Source: Acaryochloris thomasi RCC1774
GTDB lineage: Bacteria; Cyanobacteriota; Cyanobacteriia; Thermosynechococcales; Thermosynechococcaceae
Direction: 5' to 3'
Assembly (NCBI RefSeq): GCF_003231495.1
Contig: NZ_PQWO01000004.1
Location: 90,001 to 122,000, forward strand
DNA: 32,000 bases
A model generated the notes under the pieces. It ran no database searches, was not told the DNA's origin, and saw only the letters and a list, made by a program, of their open reading frames with translations. Positions 17,009 through 24,307 of this stretch are shown piece by piece (the first letter of the stretch is position 1; each line of letters opens with the position of its first letter). The translations under genes were made by a program, and so were the position numbers.

Positions 17009-18016
17009 CTAAGGACGACAGAAGTATATTGTCATTGAACTAGAATCCTTGAAAGATAGCTCTGATTGGGTAAAGGTATCTTGATCGCGGGTCAAGTGGC
17101 TAAAGGTTTGGGCGTCGATCATCAGTTCTCTGGGGCGAATATGGCCTGTCAAGCCAATAATTTCAGGCATTTGAGGACTGATCAATCCCATACTTTGGTA
17201 AGGACTGGCGCGCAACAGACCTAAAGCTGATTTCCCCGATGTCACCATGGCCCCGGCCTCAAAACTTATGTCTAACTTAGATAGTGGTTTGTTTGTTGGG
17301 GAGGGGATTGGTTCAGATCCTGCGCTCAAAATCTCTCGACCTGCTTCAACAGCCTGTTGGGCAGGAGATAGCGGCACGGGTACTAAACCAAAGATTGCTA
17401 AAATCGTACGTCCCATCTGGGCAGTAACAACCCCCGAACGATCAACAACGGTTGTCGTTACTGCCGCAAAATATGTCTCAATGGCCTGAATGACGGTCAT
17501 GGGGGCTGCTGCCTCAGCATCCATTAATGGGGTGATTGTGATGTTGAGAATCGCAACATCGACGAGAGCAGAGAAATGAGAATCATCGGCGTTGAGCGAA
17601 GAGGGGCGGCTCTGAAAAAGAGACGAAAGATGCCGTTTCTGTTGTTGAGTCTTAAGGGCCAGATAATTTCCCTGCTGCTGCAGTTCTAGCTGCTGCTCTT
17701 CTGCCTCACTGCCGTCCAGAAGTAAGATCCAGTCGCTGTCAGTTGCAGGAACAATATGAATGTCCATTGAGCGTCCCTGCTGATCCTTTACCAGGGGTAA
17801 AAAAATAGGGTCATTTTCTAAAGGAATGAGGCCGGTTAAGACGTCAAGGCTATTGTGGGCAGTATCTCCTCGCTGTAACGTCTGTAACTCGTAATGTTCA
17901 AGCTGCCCACCAAGTTCTAAGATGGTGCCGTTTGCATCAACTCTGAGGTAGGCAGGCAAATATTGTTCTGCAATGTAGTCACAGATATGTTGAGCGAGTG
18001 GTGAGGGAAGGGTCAC
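17009..18016 (-). CDS. hypothetical signalling protein with degenerate class III nucleotidyl cyclase-like C-terminal domain
   Basis: 335-aa ORF with a GTG start. Residues of about 150-230 (VAILNITITPLMDAE...VIQAIETYFAAVTTTVVDRSGVVTAQMGRTILAIFGLVP...AVEAGREIL) follow the cyclase-homology-domain pattern, but the metal-binding Asp positions are substituted. The N-terminal domain ends with a PAS-like WILLLDGSEAEEQQLE. Assignment is by eye only. Confidence 0.45.
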   Translation of the reverse strand: MTLPSPLAQHICDYIAEQYLPAYLRVDANGTILELGGQLEHYELQTLQRGDTAHNSLDVLTGLIPLENDPIFLPLVKDQQGRSMDIHIVPATDSDWILLLDGSEAEEQQLELQQQGNYLALKTQQQKRHLSSLFQSRPSSLNADDSHFSALVDVAILNITITPLMDAEAAAPMTVIQAIETYFAAVTTTVVDRSGVVTAQMGRTILAIFGLVPVPLSPAQQAVEAGREILSAGSEPIPSPTNKPLSKLDISFEAGAMVTSGKSALGLLRASPYQSMGLISPQMPEIIGLTGHIRPRELMIDAQTFSHLTRDQDTFTQSELSFKDSSSMTIYFCRP

Positions 18017-18020
18017 TATA

Positions 18021-18521
18021 CTAACGGTTAACCATTTGGGTGGCTAAACTGTGAAAGCATTCTTCAACCCCAAGCCCTGCTTTCGCGCTGCTTTTGATCA
18101 CAGTCCACTGACTGTCTTTAGAAAGCTGTTCAATGGTTTGCTCATCGAGTTCCCATTCGCTGGTCAAATCAGACTTATTCAACATCATCATAATCGGTAC
18201 ATCACCAATCTCTTTCTTTATTTCAGCTTGAAGAGAGATCGCTTTATCTAAGGTTTCACTACGTGTCCCATCAACAACAAGGATATAGCCTGATGAACCT
18301 CTGAGATAAGACATCCTGATCTCTTGAAATTCATCTTCCCCATGAATATCCCACAGGATCAAATTGACCGTTTGCTCTCCAATTTGCATGGTTTTCTTGT
18401 CAATCTTGACGCCCACGGTTGTTTGATATTTGTCAGAGTAAATACCTCTAACAAACCGTGAGACCAAGCTTGTTTTCCCTGTCGCGAAGGCACCAATCAT
18501 GCAAATCTTCTTTTGCAGCAT
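18021..18521 (-). CDS. Ras-superfamily small GTPase (Rab/Ras-like, prokaryotic Rup/MglA-like group)
   Basis: 166 aa. Motifs: G1 GAFATGKTS, G2 TTVGV, G3 WDIHGED, G4 NKSD, G5 SSAK. There are no extra domains. Confidence 0.85.
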   Translation of the reverse strand: MLQKKICMIGAFATGKTSLVSRFVRGIYSDKYQTTVGVKIDKKTMQIGEQTVNLILWDIHGEDEFQEIRMSYLRGSSGYILVVDGTRSETLDKAISLQAEIKKEIGDVPIMMMLNKSDLTSEWELDEQTIEQLSKDSQWTVIKSSAKAGLGVEECFHSLATQMVNR

Positions 18522-18534
18522 ATATGAATCAAAG

Positions 18535-20280
18535 TTATTCCAAAGTTACCTTAAACGAAACTCGGCGTTCTGACAGACCCTGCTCTTGTGTTTGAGGACC
18601 TTGAGCAGCTCCAAGGGGCTTTATCTTCAAAATCGATGGGCTGATTTGACGACGCATGAGACGCTCTCGAATTGCATTGGCTCGTGCCTGACTGATTAAG
18701 AAGTTCTCACGCTCTGTTCCTACCCTATCAGCTCGCCCTTCGATGGAGAGGATAAGCTTGAGGTTGAGGGCGGTTGCGAGCTGTGTCGCGGCTTCCACAT
18801 CCTGGGCAAGCTGTTGAAATACAGATTCGCTGGTAGGCAGGGGTTGCGATCGCCCTTCGTCGAACAAAATATTGCGTCCTTCAATTTGCTTTTGTAGGCG
18901 ATTAAGAGTTTGCCGTTCAGCAGGCTTGAGCTGTTCTGTGCTGATCTGCATGACGCCAGGAATCTGTAGAGCTTGTTTCTGTAGCTGCGCGATCCAGTCT
19001 TGCTTTGCGGTGCCTGCTGCTATCAGCGTATTCTGCCCATCAACGGAGAGGGATACTGTCGCAGGAGGCTGGAGGCGCTGCTCGGCTCTGGCTTTTACTA
19101 GCTCTGGATGAAAAGAAAGGTATGGCTCCCAGGTTGTTTTGACTTTTTGCGGGTTTATCTTGTTGGGTTCTGCGAGGGAGAGCGGATCGACGGCTAGAGG
19201 GTCGCGCATGCCTGAAATCAAAATCTTGCGGTTTTTCAGCTTGCTGTCTACGATAACCAGCCCCGGTCGCTGCTGCAGAGTTGCTACATAGTTACCCATC
19301 ACTTTGCGGCGTTGATAGACGCCAAAGAGCTGCCAGCCTATGCCCAGCAGAATTAGGCCAAGGAAGAGCCAAGCTAGCGGGGAAAGAGAGCGTCGCTTGG
19401 GTTTAAATTGAGCCTGTAGACACTCTTGTAGATAGGGCTGGCTTTGGGCAAAGGCGGTGTCGTCTCCCTGAAATTGCTTGAGGTCTTGGCTGCAAACAAG
19501 ATGAATCTTTTCTAGGACATCCTGAAATAATCCCCGAATGTCTTGGGGGGCTGTTCCCCGAATGACGCAGGCCATCAGCGCTTGGGGACCTTCCTCAATC
19601 CAGACGGTGAGTTCGCCGAATTGGAGGGTCTCGAGAGAATCTCCCCCCTCAACACGAAAGGAGTCTTTAATAAAGTCTTGAATAGCGGTCAACATAGCTG
19701 AGACGAGGTCTGCATCCTGGGCAATCACTGTGTCAGCGACAAGCTGCTGCAGCAGAAGGCCGGTATCTTTATGAATAAGCAGGACCTGCTCCACTTGATA
19801 GAGGAGGGTGCGCAGCAGCACAATCTCGGCGAAAGATTTACCGGTTCGTGCGGCTTCGATACGCCATTGAAAGCTTTGGAGAGACAGACTATGCTCTAGT
19901 CCTTCATTTAGAGATTGCGTTAAGTTCTGCAGAGCGGCGGAAACAGCTTTACGCGTTGCTGGACCAATGACGGGGAATAGCGCTTCGGACAGAATATTAT
20001 GATCTTGATTGACGGAATTTCGAATGGCATCTTCAACGGTGGGAACGGCGGCAGTGGTTAATTTCCCCTGGTCTTCAGCACTCAGAATGATTGCCTCTGG
20101 CAAGGCGCGGCTGATATCTTCTGGACGCAGCTTGAGATTCATGATCCGAGCCTGCAGTTCTGGTCCTAAGAGAAGCGATCGCAACTCATCAAGACTCTCT
20201 CCAGACTCATCAAGATGCTTATCCGGCTTATCTTGATTGTGCTGGGAGGATGGATTGTTCTCGGATGACAGATCGTGCAT
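18535..20280 (-). CDS. membrane protein with cytoplasmic N-terminal region and periplasmic OmpA/MotB-like C-terminal domain
   Basis: 581 aa with a single central TM helix (LSPLAWLFLGLILLGIGWQLFGVY). C-terminal OmpA_C pattern: LSIEGRADRVGTERENFLISQARANAIRERL...PLGAAQ. The cytoplasmic part contains a Roadblock/LC7-like stretch (VEQVLLIHKDTGLLLQQ...DADLVSAMLTAIQDFIKDSF...LQFGELTVWIEEGPQALMACVIRG). Confidence 0.75.
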   Translation of the reverse strand: MHDLSSENNPSSQHNQDKPDKHLDESGESLDELRSLLLGPELQARIMNLKLRPEDISRALPEAIILSAEDQGKLTTAAVPTVEDAIRNSVNQDHNILSEALFPVIGPATRKAVSAALQNLTQSLNEGLEHSLSLQSFQWRIEAARTGKSFAEIVLLRTLLYQVEQVLLIHKDTGLLLQQLVADTVIAQDADLVSAMLTAIQDFIKDSFRVEGGDSLETLQFGELTVWIEEGPQALMACVIRGTAPQDIRGLFQDVLEKIHLVCSQDLKQFQGDDTAFAQSQPYLQECLQAQFKPKRRSLSPLAWLFLGLILLGIGWQLFGVYQRRKVMGNYVATLQQRPGLVIVDSKLKNRKILISGMRDPLAVDPLSLAEPNKINPQKVKTTWEPYLSFHPELVKARAEQRLQPPATVSLSVDGQNTLIAAGTAKQDWIAQLQKQALQIPGVMQISTEQLKPAERQTLNRLQKQIEGRNILFDEGRSQPLPTSESVFQQLAQDVEAATQLATALNLKLILSIEGRADRVGTERENFLISQARANAIRERLMRRQISPSILKIKPLGAAQGPQTQEQGLSERRVSFKVTLE

Positions 20281-20314
20281 GAAGAAGTCTCAAGCGTTCC
20301 GTGTGAGTGGGCGG

Positions 20315-20938
20315 TTAGTCAGCCTGGAGGCGTACCGACATTTCACCAAAGAACGATGCTAGGTTTGCTCGATCCGTTTTATCCACTGTATGCAGAATTG
20401 CAACTTCTCTTTCTACAATTGTGAGCAGCTCATTGTACTTTTGAATGCTGTCAGCACTTAGCTGATTGCTTTGCTCCAACAATTGCTTCCGCAGGCTGCG
20501 CTCACTCTCAGTTGTTCTCTCATCAAGCTGACTGAGCTTTTGCTCCAGTGCTTTCGTTGCTGAGAGCTGTGCTTGCTCAAGTCTTTCGGCGTTATTAGCC
20601 TGAATTTGCTTTGTCTCTTTGATTTGCTCACTCAAAGAACCCACTTCCTGTTGAATGTAGCTTTCTAGAGCGTCAAGACGCCGATTAACATCGCTGCGTA
20701 AAGTATTACATTCTTGCTCTAGACGCTCCTCTAGGCGAGCAAATCGTTGATCATGAGTACGAACCTGGCTACCAAACAAGATCTCTCTAATCTTCTCTAA
20801 ATTATGCAGATCTGGCGGTGCATCACTTATACCTTGTACAGTCATGACATTTTCATTTTGATCATGATTCATCTGCGCAAGGCTTTGCTGCTCCTGATTG
20901 TTCGATGTGTCATGGTTCTGTTCGTCATACTGCGTCAT
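20315..20938 (-). CDS. coiled-coil protein, function unknown
   Basis: 207 aa. A Gln/Asn-rich N-terminus is followed by a long heptad-like, Glu/Leu/Gln-rich region. It is the first gene of the minus-strand cluster. Confidence 0.6.
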   Translation of the reverse strand: MTQYDEQNHDTSNNQEQQSLAQMNHDQNENVMTVQGISDAPPDLHNLEKIREILFGSQVRTHDQRFARLEERLEQECNTLRSDVNRRLDALESYIQQEVGSLSEQIKETKQIQANNAERLEQAQLSATKALEQKLSQLDERTTESERSLRKQLLEQSNQLSADSIQKYNELLTIVEREVAILHTVDKTDRANLASFFGEMSVRLQAD

Positions 20939-21000
20939 GATTTCCCCCTTGAAAAAGACAATTTAAGCATTGCATGAAGACAATCACACACTCATCGATG

Positions 21001-21047
21001 TTGATTGAGAGCAAGTCAAAACTACTGCCAGACTTGCTCTCAATCAA
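21001..21047. promoter_or_regulatory. perfect 17-bp inverted repeat (TTGATTGAGAGCAAGTC / GACTTGCTCTCAATCAA) with 13-nt spacer
   Basis: Read directly: arms at 21001-21017 and 21031-21047 are exact reverse complements. It lies 63-109 nt upstream of the coiled-coil gene start (20938), in the divergent intergenic region. Confidence 0.7.
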
Positions 21048-21457
21048 GATGTCTTTTAGGCATTGTCTGCGATACAGGTATTTATCACTGCAATTGCTCA
21101 GGTCATATGCTTATTATTGCATGCTCCTATGGCAGCATGAGAGACCTGCAGAGCAAAGAAATTTTGCTTTCTTACGGCAGCGGCAGCGATTTTTAAACTA
21201 CGAAAAAAAATAATCGTGCAGGTCTGTAAGGATGGCTCAGCGTTGCTCTATTCACGCTCGTGCCCAATATTGAACTATAATCCTTTGCTGGAGGTTAAAG
21301 TCGCACCTCTGAAGCCTCTATAGCCTATCTGTCTGTTGCTCTCAGATAATGCTGCCCAAGATCGATAGGATTCTCAGTTCTCTCCATACTACGGCCTTTT
21401 CAAACAGCCGGTTGCGAACGCCTATCCTGATCTTTCTCGTCCGTAGGAGCACTTAAC

Positions 21458-22483
21458 TTGGGTTTGTTCAACCGTTTTTCCTCAGACATTGGTATTGATC
21501 TAGGCACAGCGAATACCCTCGTCTATCTTTCGAATCGAGGAATTGTGCTGAGAGAGCCGTCAGTGCTAACACGAGATCCGAACACTCAAGAGCTTCTCGG
21601 GGTTGGCAGTCAAGCCGAAGCCATGATCGGTCGAACGCCTGCAGAAATTGAAGTTGTTCATCCTCTGCAGGACGGGGTAATTACCCAGCCTAAAGTGGCA
21701 CAACTTCTGCTAGAGCATGTGGTCAGAGAGGCACTCAACGGGCGATCTCTCTTGCCCCCCCGCGTTGTCATTAGTATGCCGATGGGGGCCAGCAGTGTTG
21801 AACGGCGTGCCTTGTTTGATATTGCCGGTCAAATTGGCGCACGAGAGGCCTACCTGATCGAAGAGCCAATGGCAGCGGCCATTGGTGCTGGTTTGCCGAT
21901 TACCACCCCTGTCGGTAACCTGGTCATTGATATTGGTGGTGGCACCACAGAGATTGCAGTTCTAAGCTATTTAGGAGTTGCCGTTAGTCGGTCTATTCCG
22001 ATTGGGGGTGATCTACTTGATCGCACCATCATGCAAAGGGTGAAGCAAGATCACAGTCTTTTGATTGGCAAATTGATGGCAAGATCCATTAAACATCAGC
22101 TTGCTGCGGTCTATCCTAACTCCGTCTCAGATCAGCAAGAGATGGAAATTAGAGGGCTTGATCTGCGCTCAGGTTTACCCCGGTGGTTTAATTTACGGGG
22201 TGGAGAAGTACGAGAATATGTATCTGCTTCTATTGCCACTATCGCCACCAGCATCAAGCAGGTCTTAGAGAAAACCCCGCCAGAGCTTGCCGCTGATATC
22301 CTAGAGCGCGGCATGATATTGACGGGGGGCGGGGCTTTACTCAAGGGAATCGACCTTTATTTAAGTCGAGAGGTGGGGCTTGTGGCTCAGGTTGCCCCAG
22401 ACCCTCTAGACTGCGTTGCACTAGGAACAGGAATAGTGCTTGAACAGTTTCCAGAAATGAAGCGGGTCTTGCTGAGTTCTTAA
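21458..22483 (+). CDS. mreB: MreB-family actin-like ATPase (rod-shape protein homologue), solitary
   Basis: 341 aa. Motifs: IGIDLGTANTLVY (phosphate 1), VIDIGGGTTEIAV (phosphate 2), ILTGGGALL (adenosine). Collinear with E. coli MreB throughout. TTG start at 21458 with TAGGAG 8 nt upstream. No mreC or mreD follows. Confidence 0.85.
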   Translation: MGLFNRFSSDIGIDLGTANTLVYLSNRGIVLREPSVLTRDPNTQELLGVGSQAEAMIGRTPAEIEVVHPLQDGVITQPKVAQLLLEHVVREALNGRSLLPPRVVISMPMGASSVERRALFDIAGQIGAREAYLIEEPMAAAIGAGLPITTPVGNLVIDIGGGTTEIAVLSYLGVAVSRSIPIGGDLLDRTIMQRVKQDHSLLIGKLMARSIKHQLAAVYPNSVSDQQEMEIRGLDLRSGLPRWFNLRGGEVREYVSASIATIATSIKQVLEKTPPELAADILERGMILTGGGALLKGIDLYLSREVGLVAQVAPDPLDCVALGTGIVLEQFPEMKRVLLSS

Positions 22484-22513
22484 GTTACCCTGTCTTTATT
22501 GGTGGGGCTGTGT

Positions 22514-24025
22514 TTACCACCCACTCTCAATGCTGCTCATCGCTTGTACATGGGCTGGATCATCAGCCTGTACGTCACTATCTTCAATCACGTATACGTC
22601 ATGGATGGCCCTTCTAGCATTATCCGCAATGACCGCATTGGTGAGTAAACTCAGTGCTTCTGGTTGATCAAGATTATTCAGTGCTCCTGCATATTTGCGG
22701 CTGTGGGTAGGGCGAACAGACTCTTGGCAATAGCTAGAAAGTTCACGACTGGCCGTCATTACTTCATAGGCAAACTGCTTTTCTTGGTCGTTGCCAAAGA
22801 GGGCGGTGTATAACAGATTGATCATTGATGAGTCGTGGACCTGGATCTTGTATTTGGTTGTGATTTGAGACCAGTATCTCAAGGCCTTGAGGCCCTCTAG
22901 CCCGCCTGTATTGAGACCGGAGTTCTCACACCACCGCTCAAATTCTTCGACATTGAAGGGACACCGCTGCTGCGATCGCATAAATTTAGCCAGCACTTGA
23001 CCTGCCTGGAAATTTCGTGTGGGTTGTCCCGTCACCGGCAGCATCATGCTGCCCCGCACATCTGCCACCATTGCCGTGAGCTGGGAGAATGTATGGTCGC
23101 GCACCTTTTCCATGTTGCCTCCCGAGTTGAGTGTGGCCTCAATGCGAGGTACACCATAGCCTAACTCTGTTAGTTCAATGGGCTGGTTGTTGTAGAGTGC
23201 ATTTCGATCTCGGCGAGACATAGAAACGGTGGCTGCTTGATCCAGGCACTGATCTAGCAGTAGCGTAAGTAAAGTTGGCAGAATGCCAGGGTTCTCCCGA
23301 TGGTATTCATAGCCAAACCCAGCGAAGATTGAGGCCATGTTTTTTGCCGCTTTAATATACTGGGCCTCAATATTGTGAACACCGGGTGAAACCTGGATAT
23401 TAGGGGAGAGCTTATCGAGCATTCGCGCCCCCAGTAAGGCCGTTAGAGCATTAGGGTGACAAAAATTAGCTGTGAAGCTATCTACGGGAGCACGTAGAGC
23501 GCCATGGCGATGAAAACCTGTGAAGAAGGCTAAATTAGGCTGTTTTTCGCACAGTACATAGGCATCGTTCAGCACCGCATCGTGACTGAAGGATCCGGCA
23601 AGGCAGGCTAAGACAACCGTCTTGCGACCCAGCTTCTTTCTCAACCGACAGGCTTCCTCTAGATCTTGCTCAATGTAATTACTGTTGGCGCTCAAAATGA
23701 CGAGGTCACACTCTAAAATCAAATCTTCTAGCGTATTGGCAACCCACTCGTCGTTCTTTTTTGTGTGTGCAAGATTATGCATGCTCACCACATAATCTCG
23801 GTCCATGCCTTGGATGGCTTCTTTAGAAAATGCACCCATCAGTTCTCGCCCTGGACGAGGTGCTAGCAGCAAAGATGAACCGCCAGCCTGCATGACTGCG
23901 TTGTACACCAGTGATCCTGGATAAAGGCCAATACTATAGAGGCCAATCTTTGCCTGCTCCAGCTCACGAATACGCCTGTTGATATTGGCTTTATCTAAAG
24001 ACTGCTCAAAGAAACTATTCTGCAT
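22514..24025 (-). CDS. hypothetical protein, distantly glycerol-3-phosphate dehydrogenase (GpsA)-like fold
   Basis: 503 aa. It has an N-terminal Rossmann-like strand-loop (IGLYSIGLYPGSLVYNAV), CDLVILSANSNYIEQ (compare GpsA ADLVILAVPS) and GVHNIEAQYIKAAKNMASIFAGFGYEY (compare GpsA GVE..GALKNV.AIA.G). Resemblance is judged by eye only. Confidence 0.45.
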   Translation of the reverse strand: MQNSFFEQSLDKANINRRIRELEQAKIGLYSIGLYPGSLVYNAVMQAGGSSLLLAPRPGRELMGAFSKEAIQGMDRDYVVSMHNLAHTKKNDEWVANTLEDLILECDLVILSANSNYIEQDLEEACRLRKKLGRKTVVLACLAGSFSHDAVLNDAYVLCEKQPNLAFFTGFHRHGALRAPVDSFTANFCHPNALTALLGARMLDKLSPNIQVSPGVHNIEAQYIKAAKNMASIFAGFGYEYHRENPGILPTLLTLLLDQCLDQAATVSMSRRDRNALYNNQPIELTELGYGVPRIEATLNSGGNMEKVRDHTFSQLTAMVADVRGSMMLPVTGQPTRNFQAGQVLAKFMRSQQRCPFNVEEFERWCENSGLNTGGLEGLKALRYWSQITTKYKIQVHDSSMINLLYTALFGNDQEKQFAYEVMTASRELSSYCQESVRPTHSRKYAGALNNLDQPEALSLLTNAVIADNARRAIHDVYVIEDSDVQADDPAHVQAMSSIESGW

Positions 24026-24307
24026 TACGCTCCGTGCTACGCGACAGCTTTGGGAAATAGATGATAGACACTCTTCCCTAACCTGAGCCTAACAGCTCAG
24101 GTAAACCAAGTTTTTCCCTCAGACAAAGAATTGGGGTTGATCGCCCTTTGCCCTCAAGTGAAGAGGGCAGAAGTCGATGCCATCGTTTGCTTCCCTCAAA
24201 AACTTTGACCACCATGATAAAACGTCTGCATCGATCAATCTATTCTTTATTCTCTTATCACTTGAGCAGTTCTGACTGACGTGATGATTGATAGTGAGTG
24301 CCTAGTA

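Noticed and set aside
20974-21213. Two overlapping plus-strand ORFs (79 and 63 aa) in the 519-nt intergenic region
   Set aside because: They overlap each other in different frames and span the 17-bp inverted repeat. They have no RBS and an odd composition. The region is better explained as regulatory or UTR sequence.
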